DNA from: Octopus sinensis
Lineage: Eukaryota
Length of the DNA stretch: 64,000 nt
Direction of reading: 5' to 3'
Assembly: GCF_006345805.1 (NCBI RefSeq)
Contig: NC_043010.1
Coordinates: 1,922,001 to 1,986,000 of the forward strand
The notes under the pieces were generated by a model. The model saw only the letters and a program-made list of their open reading frames with translations. It made no database searches and was not told the origin of the DNA. A program made the translations under genes and the position numbers. Below, one piece after another: positions 12,790 to 25,709 of the stretch. Each line of letters starts with the position of its first letter. The stretch's first letter is position 1.

Positions 12790-13290
12790 GTACAGTTGCT
12801 AGAAAAAAAGAATAGGACAGAAAAAATTCACAGAGCTACTGCCTCTATTGGCAACAAGAAGTCCCTCTCTCAGAGTGAAAGACAAATTGTATGATGCTTG
12901 TGTATAAACGACAATGCTACATGGTAGTGAGATGTGGACCATGAATGCAGAAAACATGCGAAGGCAAGAGAGAAACTAAAACACTCTATTTGGTGAACAA
13001 TGTCAGTGTCAATGTGAAATAAGGTGCTAATGCACTGAGAGAAATATTAGGCTTAAGAAGAATTAGATGTGGTGTGCAATAGGGAAGATACCACTGGTTT
13101 GGTCATATGATGCATTTAGATGTGAACAGCTGCATCAAGAAGTGCTGGTCACTTAGAGTGGATGAAACTTAGAGAGGAGGGTGACCCAGGAAGACATGAG
13201 AGAAAAGTAGTGAAGGCTGATCTCAAGATGCTGAGTGCCATGGGGACAACAAGAACTTGAGACGACTGGCAATATGCTAAGCTAGAGAAG
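12790..13290 (+). mobile_element. RTE-clade LINE 3' remnant (C-terminus of ORF, many stops)
   Basis: Translates LSLRVKDKLYDACV*TTMLHGSEMW...WFGHMMH...PRKT*EKVVKADLKML, typical of the RTE C-terminus. Confidence 0.8.
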
Positions 13291-13351
13291 ACCTATCTGT
13301 CACAGAAAATATGAGGTCTGAGACAACCTCAGTTGCCTTGACACAAAAGCA

Positions 13352-13470
13352 CCACGGTCTAGATTACACATAGATTTTGCAGGACCTCATAATGGTGACT
13401 AATTTTTTTATTAAGGTTAACGCATTATCTAAATGGCCAGAGGTCTTCATTACGAGCCAAACAACACATT
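13352..13470 (+). mobile_element. Ty3/gypsy integrase fragment
   Basis: PRSRLHIDFAGPHNGD*FF / IKVNALSKWPEVF (frameshift in a T run) matches the W-x-RLHIDFAGP...VDAYSKWPEV integrase core. Confidence 0.75.
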
Positions 13471-14642
13471 AATACAAAAGCTACGTCACCTGGAAGAGTA
13501 TCAAGTACATATGCCAAATCTTCCTGCCGGTACCTCGATATACTAATTAATTTTGCTGAAGATTTTTGCATTTCTGGGTTACATCAAGGCCTAAAAACAT
13601 ATTGTCATATACTCCTTGATATCAATAAAAAGACACGTTGGTCATGCATGGAACACTTTTGATCATATGTCTTCAATCTGGGTTCAACAAACAATAACAA
13701 CAGTATAACTTAGTACACTTTACTTAAATGCTATTCTGCACCAAACCAATTAATCTTGAAAATGATGGGTTTTCTTGAAACCATTTGGAAATGTTGAAGA
13801 GATGCATTATTTTTACTTCTTTTTTTTTATTTTGATTTAACTTATTTTTAAAAAAATTTACTTTTAAATTCCATTTTACTCTAAACTTTATGCCATTTTA
13901 TGTTTCTTTATTATACTCAATGTTTAGTTCTTAGCTTTGCAGCTTTCAAAAAGAAGATTCTGGATGAGAGCTTAGGCTAAGCACATCATCTTCATGATTA
14001 TCTCTGACTTTCGTTCAGTTTGTATACACACATATACACACATGCACTTGTGTACACAGTGAATTCTAGGTTTAGTACTGAATTCTTGTAGACAAATAAA
14101 ATCTTTCTATCCACAATCTATTCAGAATCCAGGAAATATTGAGACTATTCGCAAGTAATACACAACATTATAGACAATGGGAGGGCTTTTTTATGATCTA
14201 CGAAAGATAGCAGCCAAATCTCCATCATCGGGAGTGATTAATTGGTCAATAAGTTCCTAAATACACACACACACAAACATGTATTTATATATAGCAGAAA
14301 ATCATAGATTTTATATATAGCTCATATTTTATGTTCAAGAGCTGATTAAGATAATTACATATTTAGGTTACACAATTAACTTAAATTAAGTCAAATTAAT
14401 TTAAACTGGTAATGATTTTCTGATCACCATAACATTCCTAATGATCTTTGTATAAACAATGTTTGTAAAGTACATTTGACTTAATTTAATTTGAATTATG
14501 TATCACATTTTTGTAATTATACATTTGGTGGTGTTTTTCTTGATGAAACAGCTGTTGAATACTAAGTATGAACTGTATGTGAAATTTATACTTTTCTGCT
14601 AAATACATTGCTCTTACAGATCCTTTTAGCTGATTATTTATT

Positions 14643-14676
<34 letters not shown>

Positions 14677-15669
14677 CATGTATGTGTGTATGTGTGTGTG
14701 TGTGTGTGTGTATGAAAGTCGGTCCCACTTGGATTTACTGTAATTTGGAATTTAATGATTTATTTATTGAGGTCTTAATTACTGTAGATTTTTTCTTTGA
14801 TGTTTGTGCATCAATTATCTCTTTCTCTCACTCTCACTCTCTCCCTCTCTCTCTCTCTCTATGTATATATTTATTTAATTCAAAGAAGTTACAAATTGAC
14901 TCAAGAGCAGAGAATTTCTTACAATAACATTAAGCAAACTGGTTTGAAATTACGGCAAACACATTTATTTAAATGTAATTTCTCTAAACTGGAACCAGTT
15001 TGATAACTGCCAATGCACTAAACTAAGTTACTTAGTAATCTGTGTCATCATCGTTTAATGTCTGCTTTCCATGCTGGCATGGGTGGGACAGTTTGACTGA
15101 GGGCTGGCAAGCCTGAAGGCTGCCCCAGGCTCCAATCTGATCTGGCAGAGTTGCTACAGCTGGATGCCCTTCCTAATACCAACCACTCCAAGAGTGTAGT
15201 GGGTGCTTTTTACGTGCCACTGGCATGAGGACCAGTCAGGCAGCACTGGCAACAACCATGCTTGAATGGTGCTTCTTATGTACCACTGACACAGATGCCA
15301 ATCAAGTGGTACTGTCATCAACCACGGCAATGACTTCACTTGACTCAACAGGCCTTTGCAAGCACAGTTTATTGCCCAATGATTGAAGGGTACTCTTAAA
15401 TGAGCCAGTTATGCTGCACTGACATAGGCCACAGTTATGGTCTCACTTGGCTTGCCAGCACTGAATAAAAATATATATTTGTATTTATTCAAAATACAAA
15501 GAACAGAATAATGATGCAAAATAAACAACAAGAGTTATATAATAGTCTATTCTTGACAGCTGTTTCATAGTGCACCGTACTTGCTTTAGCATTCTCCAAC
15601 TCCAATGATTGATATATAAGGCTACAAATAGCTTGCTTACAACTGGTGATACGGATTGTTTTCATTGCA

Positions 15670-16316
15670 TTACAGGAATTTCATGAGAGCTAAATGTTGT
15701 CATATTCTTCCTTTTAAACATATAACCAGAGCAGTTGGTATCTTTCTCAACCATGCCTCACATGTAGTAACCCATGGCATTACTATTAGGGGTATTAAGA
15801 GGTCAGAAATTGGGGATGGTGATGTCATAGAAATTCTCCAACAACCGCTTCTGACTCTCTCAAGAGGTACGATATGCATCTGAATCTTGCTGCTACAGCA
15901 ACTTTCTCCAGTCTGGGTTGACCACTATCTCCAGCAACCTCACATAACCCCCTGTATTGAGTCTAAAGCCCTGTTCATCAGCTGTTAGATGAATTCCAGT
16001 GTGCAGATGCAGAAGTCAGAACACCAGTTGCATCCTTTCCTGTGACGACAGCTTCATAGTCTCCCTTGCAGCTGTCCATCTCATGTTTCACAACTCCTAA
16101 AGTGTGCACAGATCCCTGAGCAGTGTTCATGATGTTGGCATTATGACAGTCATCATAAATTATCATGATACAGGTAATTCTTTACTAATATTCAGGTAGC
16201 TCCCAGTCCTCTAGGTCAGCTAACTTTTTCTCAGCAACAACTTTAATCTTTATGCTCTCCAACACCGTTGACTATCAAGACATAAAAAAATCATCAAATT
16301 TAGCCGGAATACCGTG
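15670..16316 (-). mobile_element. Internally deleted, decayed DD37D/maT-like mariner
   Basis: Minus strand starts TA|CACGGTATTCCGGCTAAATTT. 15734-15895 translates *QQDSDAYRTS*ESQKRLLENFYDITIPNF*PLNTPNSNAMGYYM*GMVEKDTN, alignable to the catalytic region of the 25.7-kb element. Left boundary approximate. Confidence 0.65.
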
Positions 16317-16554
16317 TATGTGTGTGTTTGTGTCTCCTTCTTTGATGTCACATGATAGTTTTAAATGATTATCACTACTGTACAAGCAGTGTCATTTATG
16401 TCCAGTATACTGCAAAAGCATGTTTGGCCATGGGGAAATATTATCTTACTTGAAAAAAAGGTGTGGGTTGATGACAGAAAGGGTGTCCATCTGTAGAAAA
16501 TCTGCCTCAGTGAACTCAATCTGACCCGTGCAAGCATGGAAATGTAGATATTAA

Positions 16555-16602
16555 AATGATGTGATATATATGTATATATGTATATATATATGTATATATA
16601 TG

Positions 16603-16633
<31 letters not shown>

Positions 16634-17040
16634 GTATATGTATATATACGTATATATATGTATATATATGTATATGTATATATATGTATATGTATATATA
16701 TGTATATATGTATATGTAGAAAAATATGGAACGCTTCACGAATTGTGTGTCATCCTTGCGCAGGGGCATGCTAATCTATATGTATATATATACGTATGTA
16801 TATATATACGTATGTAATGTAATATGTATATATATGTATGTATGTATATATGTATATATATGTATATATGTATATATATGTATATATATGTGTATATATA
16901 TGTATATATAATGTATATATGTATATATATGAATATATATATATGTATACATGTATATATATATATATATATTTATATGTATATATATATATGTATTATA
17001 TGTATATATATATATCTATTATATATAATATATATGTATA
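16555..17040. repeat. (AT)n/(ATGT)n microsatellite hosting the U6 fragment
   Basis: Direct inspection. Confidence 0.95.
16720..16777 (-). pseudogene. U6: 5'-truncated U6 snRNA copy (3' 58 nt)
   Basis: Reverse complement AGATTAGCATGCCCCTGCGCAAGGATGACACACAATTCGTGAAGCGTTCCATATTTTT; about 3 differences from the metazoan U6 3' half. Lacks the ACAGAGA box and 5' stem. Confidence 0.92.
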
Positions 17041-17869
17041 GTGAGAGAGAGGGAGGGTGGGAGAGACAAATATGTAAGTATATATTTAGATTCTAGACAC
17101 AAAACAAAAATTCTTAACTAAGCACAAAAGATGCTCACTCCACCCACCCACCCACAATGATGTAGTAAAAAGAAAACATTAAAATCATATGTTAAGTTTG
17201 AAGAAAATGAAACAAAATCAAATATGCTAGGAAAAGCAGAGTTTAGTGATAACTTCACAATGTCCAGTGGTGCATTTTTGTGTTCTTTGACTTTTGCCAA
17301 ATACCTATAATATAAAAAAATAATTAACGGTTATTGTGTTTATGTGATTGTCTTGTATTTTGGTATTTAAGTAGATAGGCAATACATAGTATTAAAAGTA
17401 AAACTAGTGAAACGTTAAATAATTATACTGTTGAAATTATCACAAGGAATGACAAGGTGATTCTATTGCAATTTAAATTTGTGCATGCATCTCTTCAGGA
17501 ATATCTATGGTTCCAAAATCTCGTGTGTTTATTTTTCAATTTTCAATACCCTAACCTCAACCATCTCTTTGTTATTCTCCCTTCACACCCTCATGAAAGG
17601 ACTCAGCTCCTTCATCTTCCCCTGCCCGATCAACTGTTGACATCCTCCTTTGTGCTCCCTATCTTCTACTTCTAGCATTTGCTCTGGCACTCCACCACTG
17701 CCATCTTTATCTTCGTCCCAACTACTCCCACCAACTCTCGATATAATGTTGCGTAGCCATGTATCATCTACTCCTTAGGAAACATCTATACTGGTCCCTC
17801 TATCATATGTTAACCTTCCAACACTTATAATAAAGCCACCTCCTGCTCTCAGGGGGACTTATTCTTTAA

Positions 17870-18090
17870 CGCTTTAGTGTTCAGATTATTTTGTCAAGTG
17901 TAATGCTTTTTTATTGATGTTGATTTAAATAACTCATGCATTATCTTGTAGCTTTGAGATTTTGATGATGTTATTGTTTATTTTTAGCATGGCATTGTAG
18001 GATTAATGTAAGAGGCTGGATCCAGTCAGTTTGAATATAAAAGAGGTAGAATATTTGGGGCCGGATATGGCCGGTTTAAATGCCAAAGGG
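17870..18090. mobile_element. piggyBac-like MITE
   Basis: TTAA at 17866-69 and 18091-94; ends cgctttagtgtt / aatgccaaaggg are degenerate CCCTTTAGCATT-type TIRs. Confidence 0.6.
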
Positions 18091-19635
18091 TTAAAAGGAG
18101 ATATTTCCTATTCTTTTTCTGCCATGCAAGTCAATTGGTGACCAATAGCATGGTCACCAGTGCCAATGGCATTGAAAAAAAAACCTGATGCACACTCTAA
18201 GGTGATTGGCATTAGGAAGGGCTTTCAGCCATAGAAATCATGCTGAAGTTGACTCTGAAGCTCACAGCACTAATGTCAATGGTATGGAAAAAAAAAAAAT
18301 TATGGTACACACTGTGAAGTGACTGGTGTTAGAAAGGGCATCCAGCCATAGAAACCATGACAAAATTGACACTGGAACTCAACATTGCTCTGCAGGTCGT
18401 TGAATGCTCTCAAATCATCCAACCCATGCCAGCATAGAAAATAGACATTAAATGATGATGGTGATGATCCTTAAAAACGTGATGTGGCATAAGAGTATAT
18501 GTTTACTCTTTTACTCTTTTACTTGTTTCAGTCATTTGACTGTGGCCATGCTGGAGCCTTTAGTCAAGCAAATCGACCCCAGGACTTATTCTTTGTTAGC
18601 CTAGTACATATTCTATCGGTCTCTTTCACTGAACTGCAAGTTACGGGGATGTAAACACACCAGCATCAGTTGTCAAGCGATGTTGGCGGGTGGGGACAAA
18701 CACAGACGCACAAACACACACACACACGCACGCACATATATATATATATATATATATTCGACGGGCTTCTCTCAGTTTTTGTCTACCAAATCCACTCACG
18801 AGGCTATAGTAGAAGACACTTGCCCAAGATGCCACACAGTGGGACTGAACCCAGAACCACGTGGTTGGTAAGCAAGCTACTTACCACACAGCCACTCCTA
18901 TGCCCATGTTGTGTAAGTTGTACTGTTGTATAGGAGGACAGTTGTGTAGGATGATCTGTGTAGGTTCTGTTATTTGTGTTGGATGGAAATTAATTAAAGT
19001 CTGTGTTGTTTTGATTCTGTTACAGTGTTTGGTAGTAATTGAATAAAATGTGTGTTTGGGTTGTGTTGTAATGTTGGGTGTTAATGGCATAAAGCATGTG
19101 TGGGGAGGGTTGTGTTTCATTTTGGCCTTGGTAACCAGGGTTATCATTCTGGATCTGTGAGGTTTCTTCATTGGCTATCCTCCCATTGTGAGGTTTCTTC
19201 AGTGGCTATCCTCCCATTGGAACATCTCCTTTTATTTGGTATATTATAGCTTCCCTATACACCTTTTCTTTCTTCCAGAATCTGTTCTATGGAAACCCTA
19301 GTATTTTTCTGACTGCATTTGTAATGTTCTTTGAATGTTTGCCCTTGTGGTAAATAAAAGAAAGAATTACAAAAATAAAATATGGTAAACTTATATAAAA
19401 TAGAAGAAACACAAAATAAAAGATTATTATTGTTATTATTTACTTCTTTATCCTCTCATTATTTGATTATGAGTATCAAAGTATTTCCTTTTCATGACAC
19501 TCCTGTGACCTGTTCAATGAGTTCTGATATATCTGTCCGAATGTTGTTGTTTGTAGTTGTCTTTCTTTTTCTTTTCTTTTCTTTTTTGTTTGGTTTGGTT
19601 TGGTTTGCTTTGTTTTTGGTTTCTTCTTCAAACAG

Positions 19636-19757
19636 ACCCAGTTCGTCTTCTTATGCGCTGGTTGAGGTTTATCTATTTATTCATCTGTCGTTCAAATATA
19701 TTTGTAGCGATGCCAGAAGATAGAGTAGCAAGTAAAAATAAAAGTAGTCATAATTCA
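19636..19757 (+). CDS. Candidate internal exon (D)PVRLLMRWLRFIYLFICRSNIFVAMPEDRVASKNKSSHNS
   Basis: Very long pyrimidine tract then caaacag acceptor; donor TCA|GTAAGA; open frame. Unrecognised. Confidence 0.2.
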
Positions 19758-20408
19758 GTAAGAGAATAAATAAATAGATAATTAGATGGATAAAAGCTAG
19801 CGTGTAGAAGAAATGACTGTTTGAAACATCAACAGATGTGGCAAAGATCAGTGAACAGCTTCACAGGAGTGCCACAAAAGACTTTGAGACTCATAAGAGA
19901 ATAACGAAAAAATAAAGAACGGGATAATAACAATAATGAAAATAGCAATAATAATAATAATAATAATGATAATAATAATAACAATAATGATGATAATAGT
20001 AATAACGATGAGGATGCTAATAATGATTTATTTTTAACAATGATAATGTTTTCTTTTATTTGCTGTAGGGGGTGTTGAATGTAGGGACAATTACAGAGAC
20101 AGGTTGCATAAAATGCTAGGGAATTTACACAGAAATCAATTGAGGTTAAAACAAAAGAAGAACTAAGAAAAGGAGAATAGGTGAATATTCATTCTTCTGA
20201 TTACCTCCAACTAGATCAATTGAGAGAACCCCAATAAATTTTGGTGATATCTTTCTAATCACTTAGGATAAGTGCTTTCCCCCCAATTGTTATTCTCCAG
20301 CCTGTTGGCACATGCTGAGAGTAGACTCATTCCCTCTTGCTAAGTTCATCACTGTCACCCTATTGTGTAACAAACTTACTAGAAGAGCACCTGTTTTTCT
20401 GCACTTAC

Positions 20409-20552
20409 CTCCATTTCCAAGTATAACTTGCAAGAAATTTGATGAGAGCTTGACTGGAAGTGAAGATGTCTTCCTTCAAGTTTTTCAGCTTTGCACATCA
20501 CACAGCCTCTTTTATCACATTCACCAGTCAGAGTATAATTGCCTATTTCTCT
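20409..20552 (-). CDS. Candidate 144-nt internal exon (phase 0-0) REIGNYTLTGECDKRGCVMCKAEKLEGRHLHFQSSSHQISCKLYLEME
   Basis: Acceptor ctgctctttaatag, consensus donor GAG|GTAAGT, single open frame across the whole interval, non-repetitive composition. Product not recognised. Confidence 0.45.
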
Positions 20553-20929
20553 CTATTAAAGAGCAGTGTGGCAATGATAATAATAAAAGTAAAAATAATT
20601 TTGGTACAAGGCTAGTAAGTTCGATAGAGGGAGCTAATTGGTTACAATTAGTATCCAACAGTACCCAACTGGTGTTTATTTTATCAATCCCAAAAGGATG
20701 AAAGGCAAAGTTGACCTCAGCAGAATTTGAACTCAGAACACGAAGACAGTTGAAAATAATAATAATTTTTATCATAAGCCCAAGGCCTGAAATTCTGAGA
20801 GGAGAATGGACAAGTTGATTCCACTGACGCTCAAATACCCAAAGGTGCCTAAATTAGAATTATATTTATTATCATTATTTTAAAAACGATATAAAAAATA
20901 AATAAATAAAAGCATTATTATTGTCATTA

Positions 20930-21380
20930 TTGAGTGAGAGAGCAGTGCATGCCTTCAAAATGAGACTGGGGTTCAAATACACGAAGCCCAATATCCCCAT
21001 TATGACTACCCTTTCTGATAAGGGTACACCAGGCACATGCATCACAACCATATGTGCATAACATGGTGATCTTACATCAACATAAACAGTGCATGACCTT
21101 GCAGGTGGGGCTCAGTTAGGATTTTCATCAGGTCATGTGGCCCATTCTGCTCAAAAGGTCCCTGAATAAGGTTGTTGAGCAAAATACCCATGTTTCCTGA
21201 GGTAAATTATTCAAACCCCAAAGAAGTCCTCTTGACATATGGCTATGATACTCCATCACTACTGCTCGTGATCAGAGATGCACATATTGTCAGACACTAA
21301 GGGACATGCTCAACTGGTTAAGGTGAAACAACTGACAAGCAAATCTGTTGTATTGAGCAGAATATTTGCTGTAGCCCATA
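20930..21380 (+). mobile_element. Unclassified interspersed repeat (family E); inverted copy at ~37275-37790 bounded by (AAT)n on both sides
   Basis: Two related ~450-500 bp copies in opposite orientation. Confidence 0.7.
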
Positions 21381-21636
21381 ATGAGCAGAATATTTGCTAG
21401 TGAGCTGACAGAATTATCAGCATGCAGGGCAAATTGCCTGGCCGCATTTCGTTCATCTTTATATTCTGAGTTCAAACTTTGCCAATGTCGACTTTGCCTT
21501 TCATCCTTTCAGAGTTGATAAATTAAGTACCACTCAAGTACGGGGGTCTATGTGATCAACTTACCCCCTCCCGACAAATTTCAGGCCTTGTGCCTATAGT
21601 AGAAAAGATTATTACTACTACTACTACTACTACTTC

Positions 21637-21669
<33 letters not shown>

Positions 21670-23776
21670 GGTGGTGAACTGGCAGAGTTGTTAGCACATT
21701 GAACAAAATGCTTCATAACATTTCTTTTGGCTTTCGGCTCCAAGTTCAAATTACACTGAGGTCAATTTTGCCTTTCATCTTTTCAGGGTTGGATTTAGAT
21801 TATTGACTTGCCTTCTCCAAACTTTCTGGCCTTGTGCCAATAACAGAAATGATTATTATTATCATTCCTCTAGAAGCATAAAAGGCAAAGTTCAAATCCC
21901 AACAAGTTGAATTTGTCCTCCATCCCCTTGATGTCAATAAATAAAGTATTAGCCAAGTTTTGGGGCTGATTTTACTGAGTAACTTCCTTTTCTCATATTG
22001 CTAGCCTTGTGCCTAAATTTTAAACTTCTGTTATCAACCTGGGAAGGATAAAAGACAAAGTTGACCTCAGAAGGATTTGAATACAGAATGAAGAGAACCA
22101 AAATAAATATTGCAGGTCGTTTCTACCGATGGTCTTATGACTCAGCCAAACCAGTATTGTCGTTGTGGTATTTCATCTGTCTTTATGTTCTGAGTTCAAA
22201 TGCTGCTAAGGTCAACTTTATCTTTCATCATTTCGAGGCTGATAAAATAGGTACCAGTTGAGCACAGGACTGGGGCCAATGCAATTGACTTCCCCCACTC
22301 CCCCAAAAGGTTGAAAGGATTATTATGACTATTGTTATTGTTGTGGAAGGATCCTCATCACCCCCACGTGACCAAAAGTGGACTGACACATTTCAATGAA
22401 ATAAAGAAACTGTGTGAACTGGGGGCAGTTTACAGTCAGCAGCTGACAGCATTGATCGTTGGTATCGGATGACTGTGTTAGTTTAATATTGTACCGATGT
22501 TTGGTATTGTATTGAGTACATTCTGCATGACCATATTAATTCTGCAAAAGGTTATTCTAGATAACCATATCCAAATATACATTCGGGTAATACAGTTCTA
22601 CACCCAATCTGCACAACAATGTCATCATAACATTACTGGTGATGAGATACTCAAACCCATGACATAACAGTTATTGGTTTCAAATTTTGGCACAAGGCTG
22701 GCAATTTCGTGGGGGAGAGAAAGAGGTAAGTCACTTATAACAACCCTGATGCTCAACTGGGGCTTATTTTATGAACCCTGAAAGAATGGAAGACAAATTC
22801 AACTATAGTGGAATTTGAACTCACAACATAAAGATGGACAAAATACCGTTAAAAATTTGCCTGGCATGCTAACAATTCTGTCAGCTGACCACCTAATTAT
22901 TATTAGGGTGATGAAAGTTAGAATTGATGCTGTAGTGTACAAAATGCCTTGCAGTATTTAATTACAAGTCTGTATCTTTCTAACTTCAAATCCTACCAAT
23001 GTCTATGAAATATGTATCAACCAAAGAATACAATCAATATAATACAATCATATACAATCCCTTACAGATGTCATCTCATACGGATGTTACAAATCATTGC
23101 TATTATTGGGTTTCCTTCATAGCCTTAGGTGCTAGTGTTCCACTTGGGGACTTTCTCATATCTGTCTGACTTTCATCTTTCACTTCTTTCAGCCATTGGA
23201 CTGCAGCCATGCTGGGCATCCCCTTGACGAGTTTAGTTGAAAAAATTGGCCCAAGTACTTACTTTTTTTTAAAGTCTGGTACTTATTCTATTGGTCTCTT
23301 TTGACAGACTTTTAGATTATAGGAACATAACAAACCAACAACAGTTGTAAAGCAGTGGTAGAGGATAAATAGATGGACATATTATATATATATATATATG
23401 TAGGCCGGCCAGATTAGAGTAGTCTTGAGTGTAACCAGCCGAAAATGCTAAGACAATCTGGAACTCAACTGAGGATAAGAAGCTCTGAATGACCCATCCC
23501 TGTTTTTCCCTGTACCTTTTTGTATCGTTTAACCGTCCGGGTGTTTTGTTGTCGCATGTGACAATCTTGTTCCATTTTTTTTGTTTTCATTTTATATATA
23601 TATATATGGATGAGTGTATGGTAAGAAGTTTGTTTCCGAATCACATGGTTCTGGATTCAATCCTATTGTATGGCACCTTCAACAAGTATCTTCTGTAGCC
23701 CCAGGCTGACCAAAACCTGAACAGACTTGGTAAATGGAAACTGAAAGAAGCCCATCATATGTATATATATACATAC

Positions 23777-23807
<31 letters not shown>

Positions 23808-23915
23808 TGATAAAACGGTAAGATAACAAAAGAAAGAAAGAGACCTCAATATTATGTAAATAGAGGAAATTTATCTATACAATATCTATACATATATATA
23901 TTATATATATATATA

Positions 23916-23965
<50 letters not shown>

Positions 23966-23981
23966 CATATGTATATTTGTG

Positions 23982-24031
<50 letters not shown>

Positions 24032-24340
24032 GTATATATACATATGTATATTTGTGTATATATATATGTGTGTGTGTGTGCGCGTGTATGTGTGCCTTGA
24101 TGTATGTGTTTGTCTCGACCACCACTTGGCAACTAGCGTTTGCTTGTTTATGACCCTGTAACTTAACAGTTCAGCAAAACAGACTGATTGAATGAGTACC
24201 AGACTTACGGAAATAAGTACAAGGCTTCATCAGTTTGACTAAAACCTTCCAAGGCAGTGCTCCAGCATTGCCATAGTGTAAAATGACTGAAGCAAGTGAA
24301 AGATTACATATATATATATATATATGTACACACACATGAA

Positions 24341-25420
24341 TAAATGCAGAGCAATCCTCAGCTGCACAAAGACATAGAATTTAATTAAATTAAAACAGAT
24401 GGACACATTAGTATAATTTTGCCTAAAATCTCCAAGAAGTTAAGGAGATAGACAAAGAACACACATGCTTTATCATGTTTTTTAGTGATTAAGCTATTTT
24501 ATTGCTTTTCTATGGTGTTCTGCCCAACCTGGTTATTTTTTTTTATTTTACAATAGCCTTTATTTATTTATAAAATAAATCTAATTTTTGTACCTCTATA
24601 AATTCATACTTAGCTTATATATAACAATTCTGGTATATTCACTACTTAAAATAAACTGCTTAGATTATAATTAAATTAATTCATAGTTAGCGTGTTCTTT
24701 TACCGCAGTACTCCTATATTAAATACTAGTATATACCAATTGATCAATATTCACTGATACCATCTGATAAGTTAGTATTTAAGTTTATATGTATAAATAT
24801 TAAACTATTTCTAGATAATTTCTTTTCCTCCCTCTATTGTGGTAAAGTTTGGTATATACTAAAAAATATTCATAAAACATTTTATCATTTTGTTAGAATT
24901 CTTCTTCTTAATAATCCTCTGAATAACCCCAAATGTTAACTTTATACAATATAGCAGTATTGCTTAAAATATTTAACAATATTTAACTACATGATAAGAT
25001 TTCCCCTGTTTCATTATCAATGGTCTGCTAGTGGCCAGCCCCCTTAATTGTCCACTAACATCTTGATTTAAGTTTTCCGTTACCAAATTTCATGGTATCG
25101 CTTCAAATAAATCTTGATTTTTATGACTATAACCACTATGATTTCTGTCAACTCCCTCAGCCATACCCCTAACAGACAAGAATGTGATAAAGCTAGTCTA
25201 TAAATTAAAACTGATCCCATGTAACAGTAACAAGCAAATTCTGTAACAAGTCTTTCTTCCTGATACCTTAGTAGCTTCTAAGTGGAAGGAAAGGCAGCAT
25301 GTTCTTTGTCTATCTCCTTAACTTCTCGGAGATTTTAGGCAAAATTATACTAATGTGTCCATCTGTTTTAATTTAATCAAATTCTATGTCTTTGTGCAGC
25401 TGAGGATTGCTCTGCATTTA
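24341..25420. mobile_element. Non-autonomous element with 120-bp terminal inverted repeats
   Basis: 24341-24460 and 25301-25420 are reverse complements at 118/120. Both outer ends are TA. AT-rich 840-bp interior with no ORF of 60 aa or more. Confidence 0.8.
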
Positions 25421-25709
25421 AATTGCTGTAATGGTTTCATTGTTCAATTAAATGGAATTGCGTGAAACGATCGTACTGCATTACCTCTGGATATCTTTGT
25501 TGCTTATTTTGATTCTAATCACCTTATTTTGAAATTGTATGGATAATACAGTACTAAATTCTGGTGCCTCAACTTAAGTGCCATATTCATCTGAATCTAA
25601 ATTTTTGCTGAACTCATATATATATATATATATATGAGTATGATTGTGTATAGAACAATATATTAAACAATGAAGTTCCAACATATATATGCACACACAC
25701 ACACATATA

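Noticed and set aside
22333-22632. Possible solo LTR (TGTTAT...ATAACA)
   Set aside because: No convincing 4-6-bp TSD, no second copy, no PBS or PPT.
23455-23500. CTGAGGA...GAAT hammerhead-like string
   Set aside because: Stem II does not pair and GAAA is absent.
24470-25300. AT-rich interior resembling mitochondrial rRNA (NUMT)
   Set aside because: No conserved 12S/16S motif or mitochondrial ORF recognised.
25480-25620. Minus-strand donor GAG|GTAATG with possible exon
   Set aside because: Acceptors are weak, most frames are closed, and the adjacent sequence recurs at the window end (repeat).
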